Shown: one piece after another, positions 7,589-16,264 of the stretch
How the letters are laid out: every line of letters starts with the position of its first letter
How positions within the stretch are numbered: the stretch's first letter is position 1
NCBI GenBank assembly: GCA_031272275.1
Contig: JAISUC010000012.1
Location: 2,052-66,051 of the forward strand
Source: Actinomycetes bacterium
Lineage (GTDB): Bacteria; Actinomycetota; Coriobacteriia; WRKU01; WQUG01
Direction: 5' to 3'
DNA length: 64,000 nt
Notes under the pieces: model-generated
Database searches by the model: none
What the model saw: the letters and a program-made list of their open reading frames with translations, nothing else
What the model was told of the DNA's origin: nothing
Position numbers and translations under genes: made by a program

Positions 7589-9769
7589 GTGCGATTTTAC
7601 GGGACAACCGCATATCTGCAACTGCCGGATGGAGTGAGCGCGGACGAAGTGGAGGAATCGGTGGTCACGGCATTCCGTGATTCTGTGAGAAGTGCGGCCA
7701 GTGGGGTAACGGATAATTTCTGGTTGGCGAACGACAAGACCTTTCATGTGGCGTTGGGGGCTGCGGCAAAGAGTTGTCCGAGCAAGTACGCAGGCAGGTT
7801 TGTGACAAGCCAACAGATTACCACAGAGGAAAAGTCACGGACTAAAAAGCAGGGTCCATCAATAGGTGTGTGCATGTGGGATAAGCAGGGATTGCCGTAC
7901 GAAGAGGTGTGCTGTTTGCTGCAGGAATTCCTGGAGGAATTCAATGATCCGATGCGCTTTGATCCCCCCGAGGAAATAACGGTTCGAGAATGGAGATCAT
8001 CCTTACGTCGGGCAGACAGGATGCAATTTATCGAAGACGAGTACGAATTGCTTACGGAGCTGGGGTTGGTCGGTCGACACGAAAGGGTTATCCAGTCGAT
8101 CAGCGAGGGCATTATACGCAAGGTGCGCAATAAAAAGGAGCTGTCCCGGTGCGGGGAGGACCTGCTGTGCGGTGAAGACCTGCAGGATGAGTTGGATCGT
8201 GTGTTCCAAGGAGCGGCGACGAAGAATACGGCACGTGTTCAGAGCTTCGGGCATCCGGTGCACTATATGGTGTGCAGTGATGATACTGAGTCAAGGGCAC
8301 AGATACTCAAGATTTTGATGGAGGCGCTGTACCAGAACGGACGAATACAAAGCGCACGGTACCTGAAGATGGACATCGACAAAGAAACTCTATCGAGGGC
8401 GGTGTCGGTTAGCAGCAGAAATGCCAAAGACGATATCGAGGAAGCGCTCGAGCTGGTTTTCAGTATGGCGCAGGGAGGGGTTTTGGCACTGAGGGTCGGC
8501 GAGGACTGTTTTAGGGAGTCGGAGTATGCGTATTTCGGGGCAGGTGTTTTGCCGGTGATATGTCGCTTGATGCGCAAATACCGCCATAAGGTACTGACTA
8601 TAGTACTGATGCCGAACATACACGAAAATATCCGGTCGCTGTTTTTTGAGCAGCTGGGGGCGCTGACTGTCGTGCCGATTCACCAAGTGGGGGTAGGTGT
8701 CGACAGGGCACGCGCGTTTCTGCGCAGACGTGCGCGCGAATTGGACATAGTGCCGAATCGGGCGCTGTACAGGGGCTTGATTGAGGGTCACACGTATAAT
8801 GCGAAAGAGCTGACCGGGCTGTTCGACGAGTGGTATGACAAACGACTGAAAAACGACGTGTTCACCCAGTACGCCGAAGTGTTGCCGGCGCAGAAAAAGT
8901 TGATCAAGCGCGACGCCAAGGGAAATGCTTTCGAAGAGCTGCAGCGCTTGATCGGTTTGTGCGAGGCAAAAGAAACTATTCGTCAAATACTGGATTTTCA
9001 CACGGCGCAGAAACTGTTTCGCGAAAAGGGTTTTGCGGGCGAGCGCCCCGCGATGCATATGGTGTTCACGGGAAATCCCGGTACCGCCAAAACCACGGTT
9101 GCGCGACTGGTTGCGCGTGCCATGAAGGACAACGGCTTGTTGGACGAGGGCAAACTGCATGAAGTGGGGAGGGGGGACTTGGTGGGAAAGTATGTCGGTC
9201 ACACCGCACCGTTGGTCCAGCAGCATTTCAAGGTGGCGAAGGGATCGGTACTGTTTATCGATGAGGCCTACTCGCTGGTTGATGACCGCGATGGAATGTA
9301 TGGAGATGAAGCAATCAACACCATCGTCCAGGAAATGGAGAATCACCGCGAAGATACGGTGGTCATTTTTGCCGGCTATCCGGATAAGATGCAGGGCTTT
9401 TTGGATAAGAACCCGGGCTTGCGTTCGCGGATAGCCTTTCACGTGCACTTTGATGATTACGACGAAAACGAGCTGTACCAAATACTGGAACTGATGGTTA
9501 CGGACCGCAAACAGTGTCTGGGGGAGGGTGTACGCGAGCACGTGCTGCCCCTGTTGGCGCAAGCTCGCGTGGCACCCGGTTTTGGCAACGGTCGCTTTGT
9601 GCGCAATCTGGTGGAGCAAGCGACCTTGCGTCAGTCGACCAGACTGCTCGCACGAAATGCCGAGGATATTTTGCCGCAAGATGTGTTGACACTGTTGCCG
9701 GATGACTTCCGGTTGCCCGCCGAACTACGCAAGAACACGGCAGCCGCCGGTCTGGGGTTCGTGCGATGA
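7589..9769 (+). CDS. CbxX/CfxQ (SpoVK/EccA-like) family AAA+ ATPase with a roughly 450-aa uncharacterised N-terminal region containing a degenerate AAA-like module
   Basis: C-terminal MHMVFTGNPGTAKTTVARL Walker A, VLFIDEAYSL Walker B, CbxX-type helper region. GTG start with GAGAGGGTGG RBS. No recognisable family for the N-terminus. Confidence 0.8.
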   Translation: MRFYGTTAYLQLPDGVSADEVEESVVTAFRDSVRSAASGVTDNFWLANDKTFHVALGAAAKSCPSKYAGRFVTSQQITTEEKSRTKKQGPSIGVCMWDKQGLPYEEVCCLLQEFLEEFNDPMRFDPPEEITVREWRSSLRRADRMQFIEDEYELLTELGLVGRHERVIQSISEGIIRKVRNKKELSRCGEDLLCGEDLQDELDRVFQGAATKNTARVQSFGHPVHYMVCSDDTESRAQILKILMEALYQNGRIQSARYLKMDIDKETLSRAVSVSSRNAKDDIEEALELVFSMAQGGVLALRVGEDCFRESEYAYFGAGVLPVICRLMRKYRHKVLTIVLMPNIHENIRSLFFEQLGALTVVPIHQVGVGVDRARAFLRRRARELDIVPNRALYRGLIEGHTYNAKELTGLFDEWYDKRLKNDVFTQYAEVLPAQKKLIKRDAKGNAFEELQRLIGLCEAKETIRQILDFHTAQKLFREKGFAGERPAMHMVFTGNPGTAKTTVARLVARAMKDNGLLDEGKLHEVGRGDLVGKYVGHTAPLVQQHFKVAKGSVLFIDEAYSLVDDRDGMYGDEAINTIVQEMENHREDTVVIFAGYPDKMQGFLDKNPGLRSRIAFHVHFDDYDENELYQILELMVTDRKQCLGEGVREHVLPLLAQARVAPGFGNGRFVRNLVEQATLRQSTRLLARNAEDILPQDVLTLLPDDFRLPAELRKNTAAAGLGFVR

Positions 9770-9788
9770 AGGCGCGACCCGGCCCGGC

Positions 9789-9800
9789 GGGACGCACTCC
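9789..9800 (+). repeat. Degenerate family 1 copy (GGGACGCACTCC-TC) directly after the AAA+ stop
   Basis: 12 of 15 positions match. Confidence 0.4.
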
Positions 9801-9814
9801 TCAAAGGTATGTCC

Positions 9815-9870
9815 GTTAAGGTAATGCTAAGAGCGCCTTAAGTGGTCGCTAAGATCCCCTTAAGGTTCCC
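9815..9870. promoter_or_regulatory. Five phased CTTAAG/CTAAG motifs (about 11-12 bp period) in the AT-rich region upstream of higB; candidate antitoxin operator
   Basis: TTAAGG, CTAAG, CTTAAG, CTAAG, CTTAAGG read directly. CTTAAG is a palindrome. Confidence 0.35.
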
Positions 9871-10009
9871 CGTGTAAATTGCTCTTCCACGGAAATTGTG
9901 ACCACTCGAAATGACGGGTGACGAGACGGGAGAGTGATGCTATGCCGGAAATGCAGGAAATGCTCGGCGTTATCGAGTTGCAATCTGATAGCGTATCGGA
10001 TATCATATT

Positions 10010-10372
10010 ATGAGGAAGCTGAGTTTCGATTGGGTGAAACGAACGGATGGGGCCAGCGAGTTCATGGACTTTATGGATGGATTGCCGGTTAAGGATCGGG
10101 CAAAGCTCGCTGCACTGATCACTGCTGTTGAGGAGCACGGCTTGGAGATAGCCAAACGAATGAAGTGGGTGAAGAAACTGGGAGATGGCTTCTTCGAAAT
10201 ACGATCGCGGCAGGCAAGTGATATACAACGAGTGATATATTTTCATGGCTCAGGTAAACAGTGCATTATTACCCACGGTTTCACCAAAAAGAGCGATGTA
10301 ATACCGAAAACGCAGATCGAACGTGCAAAGAACCTTCGTGCAAAATGGCTGGAAGAAAGGGGGCAGAGGTGA
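10010..10372 (+). CDS. higB: HigB-like toxin (phage Gp49/RelE-ParE superfamily)
   Basis: ...YFHGSGKQCIITHGFTKKSDVIPKTQIERAKNL matches the Gp49-like HigB C-terminal pattern. Followed by an overlapping XRE antitoxin gene. Confidence 0.75.
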   Translation: MRKLSFDWVKRTDGASEFMDFMDGLPVKDRAKLAALITAVEEHGLEIAKRMKWVKKLGDGFFEIRSRQASDIQRVIYFHGSGKQCIITHGFTKKSDVIPKTQIERAKNLRAKWLEERGQR

Positions 10373-10650
10373 GTGCGATAAAGGAAATGGTTGAGCAGCA
10401 ATGTGCATCAAGCCCGGAGTTTGCGACTGAGTATCAGCGTGAACGGGAAAGATTGGATGCGGCGGTCGCGTTGATGGAGCTGCGGCGCGAAGAGGGAATG
10501 ACACAACGTCAGTTGGCGGCAGCAACCGGAAAGACGCAGGCGACGATAGCCCGTATCGAAAACGGGAGTATGAACCCCTCGGTTAAGCTGTTGAAAGAAA
10601 TCGCTGTTGCTCTGGACCGCCGTCTGGAGTTTCGGTTCGTGAAGAGCTGA
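10369..10650 (+). CDS. higA: HigA-like XRE-family HTH antitoxin
   Basis: GTG start overlaps the higB stop (GTGA). The protein has an XRE-type HTH (MTQRQLAAATGKTQATIARIENG). Confidence 0.7.
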   Translation: MSAIKEMVEQQCASSPEFATEYQRERERLDAAVALMELRREEGMTQRQLAAATGKTQATIARIENGSMNPSVKLLKEIAVALDRRLEFRFVKS

Positions 10651-10748
10651 TGCGGATAGTTCAGTCCGGGCGGGTGCTCCCCCGACCGGATATGTATTCG
10701 GGTATGTGCCCGCGCATCAACATGCGTCATGCTGAAAATGCGAGCGGA

Positions 10749-10763
10749 GGGACGCACTCCCCC
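10749..10763 (+). repeat. Family 1 15-mer GGGACGCACTCCCCC(CC)
   Basis: Intergenic, downstream of higA. Confidence 0.7.
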
Positions 10764-11121
10764 CCTTGAAACCAAACCGTCGATAGGTTACAGTAGGCAG
10801 GTATCGTTGAAATCGCTTTTCGGTTTCGCCTGCGTGCCGCGGTCGAGCTGTCGCCGGACGGCGCGCGCGAACTAAGAGGGAAGCAGGTGCAAGACCTGCG
10901 CAACCCCCGTTGCCGTAAGTGGTGATGATCCGTGCAGTTTGCCACTGGGGCGCGTTGTCCCGGGAAGGCGCGCGGTATCACATGACCCACAAGCCGGAAG
11001 ACCTGCCGAAAAGCCTCGAAGTATCTGTCTTTCGGCGGGAAAGACCGGGCTGTCCTGAGGTCGATCGCAATCAGGCGCATTCCAGTTCTGACTCCGTCGC
11101 GGACGCGAAGGAGGAACACAG

Positions 11122-12714
11122 ATGCTATACAGAAAGCACAACAATCGGGGGAGTCGGATGTCGGCACCCGGGTTTGTCCTGCACGGTTTGCGGGCACCGC
11201 ACGACGGGCGTGTTCCCGTGATGCCCGTGCGGTCTGTGTGGCGCATGCGGCCCGTGCGGCGGGCCGCCGCGAAACGAGCCGCCGTGGCACGGGTCGCCGC
11301 AGCCTGCGTGCTGTTGGTGTGCGTGGTGTGCGTGGCGGGCGCGATGGGAGCCGCGCCGACATCCGCGCATGCCCGGACAGCAGCGGCCACCGAGTGGGGC
11401 GGATACCGCCGCACGGCGGCAAACAGCGGGGTCACGGCGGCAAAAACCCCGACGTCAAAATCTCGTACGAGGCTGAAATGGTCGCGCAAGCTGGTTGCCG
11501 GCGGTGGCTGGGACGTGCGCGTCTCGGCGCCCATCATCGTGCGTGGCAAGGTGTTCATCGCGCGCAACAATCAGCTGTTGCGCTATAGCAAATCCGGCAA
11601 ACTGGAGAAAACCGTCACCCTGGCGGCACCAATCGGCTATACCTGTTATCCCGGCAGCGGCGACGGCAAGCTGTTCATCCCGCTGGACGGCGGGCGCATC
11701 CAGGCCCTGAGCGCCGCCACCATGAAAAGCAGCTGGGTCAGCGTGTCCGCCAGCATCTCTGCCACCGACACCGCGCAGAGCACTGGCACGGTCACCTATC
11801 GCGCAGGCTACCTGTACAGCAGCTGGGTGCGCGGTGGTGCCACCCCGACTGCCGGCGCGGTGGTCTGCTATAAAACGTCGGCCGGCAGCAACATTGATTC
11901 CGACGGCTACAAACGCCCCGTTTGGACCCACGCCGTCGCCCTGCCGGAAGACGGCGGCACGACCGCCGCCACAACCGCCGGCTACTACAACACCGGCATC
12001 GCGCTGACCCCGAAAGCGGCGCTGTTCGCCGGCGAAGACGGCGTCCTGACCTCGGTCGCGCTGAAAACCGGCAAGGTGCTGTCGACAGTCAAACTGAAAG
12101 CGCCCGTGCGCAGCGCCGTCCTGTTCGTGTCCACCGGCATGGGCTCGACCGGCGTGGCATACGTGTCGACCGCGAACAGCACGACCAACACGGGCAAAAT
12201 CTGGCGCGTCCCGGTCACAAAAACGGGCAAACTGTCCGCCGCTCGGGCCAAATCGGCGAAACTGTCCGCAGGCCCCGGCACTACGGCGCCTGTGCGCTAC
12301 AACAACAAACTGTACGTCGTCAGCGGACAGTCGGGTTTCGCGGCGGGCACGGCCACCGGCACGGGCAAACTGGACACTTTCAACGCGACCACGCTGAAGC
12401 ACAAAAGCACCGTCGACCTGGGCGGTTTCAGCCAGTCCTCGCCGCTGCTGTCGAAAGCACAGGCCACTAAACGCAACGGCAAACGCGCCTATCTGTACGT
12501 CACGCTGAATGACACCACAGACACCATCAAAGTCATCCGCGACAGCGCCAAACAGAAAAAACCGACCGTCGCCACCTTGGCAAAACCGGGTGGCAGCTAT
12601 TCGATGGCCAGCCTGATTGCCGACAAATCGGGTACGCTGTATTACACGTCGTCGGTGACCGACCCGGCGACCTGGTCCACCGACGTCTACCTGCAGGCTC
12701 GCGCGCGCAAATAA
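11122..12714 (+). CDS. Secreted/membrane-anchored PQQ-like beta-propeller repeat protein
   Basis: GAAGGAGGAA RBS. Hydrophobic segment AAACVLLVCVVCVAGAMG. Repeated (G)DGKLF.PLDGG...AL.A.T....W type propeller blades. Gly/Thr-rich. Confidence 0.6.
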   Translation: MLYRKHNNRGSRMSAPGFVLHGLRAPHDGRVPVMPVRSVWRMRPVRRAAAKRAAVARVAAACVLLVCVVCVAGAMGAAPTSAHARTAAATEWGGYRRTAANSGVTAAKTPTSKSRTRLKWSRKLVAGGGWDVRVSAPIIVRGKVFIARNNQLLRYSKSGKLEKTVTLAAPIGYTCYPGSGDGKLFIPLDGGRIQALSAATMKSSWVSVSASISATDTAQSTGTVTYRAGYLYSSWVRGGATPTAGAVVCYKTSAGSNIDSDGYKRPVWTHAVALPEDGGTTAATTAGYYNTGIALTPKAALFAGEDGVLTSVALKTGKVLSTVKLKAPVRSAVLFVSTGMGSTGVAYVSTANSTTNTGKIWRVPVTKTGKLSAARAKSAKLSAGPGTTAPVRYNNKLYVVSGQSGFAAGTATGTGKLDTFNATTLKHKSTVDLGGFSQSSPLLSKAQATKRNGKRAYLYVTLNDTTDTIKVIRDSAKQKKPTVATLAKPGGSYSMASLIADKSGTLYYTSSVTDPATWSTDVYLQARARK

Positions 12715-12772
12715 TGCGGAAACGGACCGACAAAATGCAGGCCGCACGAAACTGACCGTCAGGAGGGGGAGT

Positions 12773-13606
12773 ATGTCCCGCACCATAGCACGAACTGCAC
12801 ACAACCGGACGCCGCAACATCGACGCCCCGAATCGTTAACGCCGACGGCGCCGACGGCGCTGCCTGTGCGACCGGCGTTAGCCGTGTTCCGGGTGCTACT
12901 GCCGGCGCTGTTGCTGCTGCTGTTAATCGGGTGCGTGATGGCGGTGTCCGGCTGCAAAAAGCGCCCGATTGTCGCCACCCCCGACTCGACCGCAGTCACG
13001 ACCGCGACGGCAGACAACGGGCTCAATACGACCGACACCGCAGGCACGGTCCCGTCGTCAACCGTCGCCACGTCGACGGTCAGCACCGCCACCGGCAGCG
13101 CCATCCGCACCGAAACCTATGGCCAAGGTGCAGGCGACGCCCCGTTAACCTGGCAGGACGCGCAACCGACCGCGACGACTCCCCCGACGACCGGCACGAC
13201 CACGGGCACGACGACCGACGGTACCCAACAAACGGTAACCCCTGCGACCTTTCAGGTCACGGTTCAGATTGACTGCAAAACGGCGTACGCGGCAGATCCC
13301 GAAGCAATCGGTGCCCAATGGCGCGCAGGCGTGATACTGGCGTCGACCAAAATCACGGTGACCCAGGGCTCGACCGTCAAAGACCTGCTGGAGGCCACCG
13401 GGCTTTCCCTGAACGCCGCAAACGGTTACGTCCGCGGGATAGCGGGACTGAACGAAAAGGACATGGGCGCGCAATCGGGCTGGGTGTTTTTTGTCAACGG
13501 CAAAGTCCCGTCGCTGGGCTACCACAGCTACGTGCTGAAAAAAGGCGACAAGGTACGCTGGCGCTATACCTGTGACGGCGGTGCGGATATCAATGCGACG
13601 CTGTAG
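12773..13606 (+). CDS. DUF4430-like surface lipoprotein (putative substrate-capture protein for the downstream ECF transporter)
   Basis: Lipobox LLLLLIGCVMAVSGC. Thr-rich linker. C-terminal DCKTAY...WVFFVNGK...GYHSYVLKKGDKVRWRY resembles DUF4430. AGGAGGGGGAG RBS. Confidence 0.6.
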   Translation: MSRTIARTAHNRTPQHRRPESLTPTAPTALPVRPALAVFRVLLPALLLLLLIGCVMAVSGCKKRPIVATPDSTAVTTATADNGLNTTDTAGTVPSSTVATSTVSTATGSAIRTETYGQGAGDAPLTWQDAQPTATTPPTTGTTTGTTTDGTQQTVTPATFQVTVQIDCKTAYAADPEAIGAQWRAGVILASTKITVTQGSTVKDLLEATGLSLNAANGYVRGIAGLNEKDMGAQSGWVFFVNGKVPSLGYHSYVLKKGDKVRWRYTCDGGADINATL

Positions 13607-13664
13607 CACCCGCGCACACATCGGCGTCTGCGCCGACGCCGCCGACGCCGCGGCAGGCGCGTAA

Positions 13665-14573
13665 TTGCCGATGCGCCGCATCGAGCTGATACACCCCGGA
13701 GTCGTCTGTGCGTGGCTGGCAGCCGTGTTGCTGCTGACCATGTGCACACTGCAACCGATGCTGCTGGTCATATCGGTTGTCGCGGCCGCCATCAGTGTTG
13801 CGCTGTGGTGCGGCGCGGCGGCACTGGGCCGCAGCCTGCGGATGCTGGTGCCGGTCGCAGGTGCGGTCATCGCGCTGAATTTCCTGTTCAACCACCGCGG
13901 CATGACCGAGCTGTTCCGGCTGTTCGCGCGTCCCTTTACGCTGCAGGCACTGACCTATGGCGCGTGCATGGCGCTGATGCTGACCGCGCTGGTGCTGTGG
14001 TTTCAGCTGTGGCAACGCGTGCTGGGCCCCGACCGATTTCTGTTCCTGTTCGGCCGCGCCGCGCCCACCACCGCGCTGTTGCTCACGTCGGTCCTGCGCT
14101 GGATACCGCTGATGCAACAACGCTGGCGCCAAATGCAGCTGGCACAGCGCGCATTGTGCCCGGATTGTGCCGTCGTAAACACCAATGCGGGCCGGTACGT
14201 CCCGCCGTCCGCCCGCCGTCCCGGGCGATTGTCGCAACTGCGCGCCATCCTGAACCGGGTGTCGGCCTTGGCGGGCTGGTCATTGGAATCATCGATGCAG
14301 GCGGCCGACAGCATGCGCGCGCGCGGCTACGGGCAGACGCGGCGTCGTGGCAGCTACCGCGCGTATCGTTTTGGGGCGGTGGACGCCTGCTGTCTGGCAC
14401 TGCTGGTGCTGTGCGTTGCGGCGGCGATTCCGGCTGTGGCGGTCAGCCTGCGCAGTCTACATTTCTATCCCGTGTTGCGCGGGGACGTACTCCCCCTGTG
14501 GATGTTGATCGGTCCTGCGTTGCTGAGTGTGTTGCCGGCGGCCATGGAAGGGGCATGCGCGTGGCGGCGGTAA
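13665..14573 (+). CDS. ecfT: ECF transporter transmembrane T component (EcfT/CbiQ family)
   Basis: Multi-pass membrane protein of typical EcfT length with a C-terminal Arg-rich coupling helix region. Confidence 0.7.
   Translation: MPMRRIELIHPGVVCAWLAAVLLLTMCTLQPMLLVISVVAAAISVALWCGAAALGRSLRMLVPVAGAVIALNFLFNHRGMTELFRLFARPFTLQALTYGACMALMLTALVLWFQLWQRVLGPDRFLFLFGRAAPTTALLLTSVLRWIPLMQQRWRQMQLAQRALCPDCAVVNTNAGRYVPPSARRPGRLSQLRAILNRVSALAGWSLESSMQAADSMRARGYGQTRRRGSYRAYRFGAVDACCLALLVLCVAAAIPAVAVSLRSLHFYPVLRGDVLPLWMLIGPALLSVLPAAMEGACAWRR
14482..14496 (+). repeat. Family 1 15-mer GGGACGTACTCCCCC inside the 3' end of ecfT, 59 bp before the ecfA start
   Basis: Read directly. Confidence 0.6.
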
Positions 14574-16264
14574 GCGCGCGGGATTTCGGTTTCGCCTATC
14601 CGGGGCAGGCCACGCCGGTGCTGGACGGCGTGAGCTTTACGGTGCCAGCCGCCGCATTCGTGGCGGTCTGCGGGCCCACGGGCTGCGGGAAATCGACGCT
14701 GCTGCGCCATATGGTGCCGGCGTTGCGGCCGGTGGGGCGGCAGTCGGGCAGTATCGAGGTCGCAGGCTCGGTCGGATTTGTCGCACAAGACCCCGAGGCT
14801 CAGATCGTCTGCGACACCGTGGTGGCGGAACTGGCGTTCGGATCGGAAAACGCGGGACTGGCGACGCCGGTGATACGGCGGCGCGTCAGCGAGGTCGCGA
14901 GCTTTTTCGGGATGGATGCGTGGCTGGAACGATCGGTGCATACGCTGTCGGGCGGGCAGAAACAGATGGTGACCCTGGCGGCGGCGCTGGCGGTTGACCC
15001 GCAGGTATTGGTGCTGGACGAGCCCACCGCGCGTCTGGACCCGATAGCGGCGCAGGCGTTCATTCAGGCGCTGGCGCGCGCCAACGGCGAGCTGGGGTGC
15101 ACGGTGCTTTGTGTCGAGCACCGTCTGGACGAGGTCTTGCCGTTGGCCGATCGGGTGCTGTATCTGCGTGACAGCGGGTGTCGCGCGTTTGCGGATGTGC
15201 AGTCCTTTGTGGGACAGCTGCGCGATGCGGACGACGCGTTTGTGCAGGCGCTGCCCGCGCCCACGCGGGTTGCCGTGGCGGTGGGTGCAGGTGTCGATGG
15301 TTACCCGCTGGACGTGCGGGCCGGGCGCGCGCTGGTGTCTGCCGCGGTGGATGCGGGACGCATTGCGGGCGACGGCGCCGGTGGCGCGCCCCCTGCAGAT
15401 GACCCGACGCCACCGGACAGCACGGCGTGTGCGATCGAAATCCGCGACCTGAGTTTTCGTTATGGCACGGAGAGCGACTGGGTGTTGCGCCGCCTGACCG
15501 GCGGCATTCGTGCGGGCAGCATCCACGCGATTGTCGGGGGCAACGGCGTGGGCAAATCGACGCTGTTCGCGCTGATTTGCGGGGATATGAAACCACAGAT
15601 GGGCCGCATACGGATCCGTGAGGGCCTGCGCCTGGCCGCGTTGGTCCAAAACCCGAAAGCGCTGTTCACGGCAGACACTTTGCGCGGGGAACTGGAAGAA
15701 AAGGTACCCGAGGAAGCACGAGGGGGGGTCTCGCGCGCAGTCCCGCAGACGCGCCTTGGCTACAAGGTGCGTCGAGGACTGTTTGAGCACGTGACCCCCC
15801 CTCGTGCTTCCGAACGCATGACTGCCGTTGAGAGTACCGGTATCGACGGTTTGGTGCGGTCGTTCGGGTTACTCCCCCTGATGGACCGTCACCCCTATGA
15901 CCTGTCAGGGGGTGAACAGCAGCTGGCGGCGCTGGTGAAGGTGCTGGCGCGCGACCCCGACATCGTGTTGCTGGACGAGCCGACCAAGGGGCTCGACGCA
16001 CAGATGAAGGCGCGGCTGGGCGGGGTGTTGCGCGAGCTGAATGCGCAGGGGCGGACCGTGGTGTTCGTGACCCACGACCTGGAGTTTGCCGCCGAATATG
16101 CGCAGGTGTGCAGTCTGTTGGCACAGGGACAGCTGGTCGCGACCGAACCGGTGGCGCGGTTTTTTGACGGCAATCGCTTTTACACGACCGCCGTCAACCG
16201 TATGACGCGCGGGATGGTTCAGGGCTGTGTGACCGTGGACGATTTGGTAGCGCGATGGTCCTGA
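14555..16264 (+). CDS. ecfA: Fused ECF transporter ATPase (EcfA-EcfA' tandem ABC domains)
   Basis: Two Walker A sites (GPTGCGKST and GGNGVGKST), two LSGG signatures, two Walker B sites. ATG at 14555 is in frame 2. The six-frame 850-aa ORF (13712-16264) is an upstream over-extension. Confidence 0.85.
   Translation: MRVAAVSARDFGFAYPGQATPVLDGVSFTVPAAAFVAVCGPTGCGKSTLLRHMVPALRPVGRQSGSIEVAGSVGFVAQDPEAQIVCDTVVAELAFGSENAGLATPVIRRRVSEVASFFGMDAWLERSVHTLSGGQKQMVTLAAALAVDPQVLVLDEPTARLDPIAAQAFIQALARANGELGCTVLCVEHRLDEVLPLADRVLYLRDSGCRAFADVQSFVGQLRDADDAFVQALPAPTRVAVAVGAGVDGYPLDVRAGRALVSAAVDAGRIAGDGAGGAPPADDPTPPDSTACAIEIRDLSFRYGTESDWVLRRLTGGIRAGSIHAIVGGNGVGKSTLFALICGDMKPQMGRIRIREGLRLAALVQNPKALFTADTLRGELEEKVPEEARGGVSRAVPQTRLGYKVRRGLFEHVTPPRASERMTAVESTGIDGLVRSFGLLPLMDRHPYDLSGGEQQLAALVKVLARDPDIVLLDEPTKGLDAQMKARLGGVLRELNAQGRTVVFVTHDLEFAAEYAQVCSLLAQGQLVATEPVARFFDGNRFYTTAVNRMTRGMVQGCVTVDDLVARWS

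Noticed and set aside
8390-9679. 429-aa ORF antisense to the AAA+ ATPase gene
   Set aside because: No recognisable motifs. It overlaps a gene with clear Walker motifs and is a GC-skew artefact.
1930-10700. Intact prophage or ICE with an integrase
   Set aside because: No tyrosine or serine recombinase, relaxase or structural-gene set is present in the island, only remnants, so it cannot be called an active mobile element.
11455-13110. 551-aa Arg/Gly-rich ORF on the minus strand (and similar ones at 10727-11570, 13145-13903, 13590-14237, 14465-15790, 15666-16124)
   Set aside because: The composition is low-complexity Arg/Ala/Gly, typical of antisense reading of GC-rich coding DNA. The plus-strand genes (propeller, DUF4430, ecfT, ecfA) have clear family signatures.
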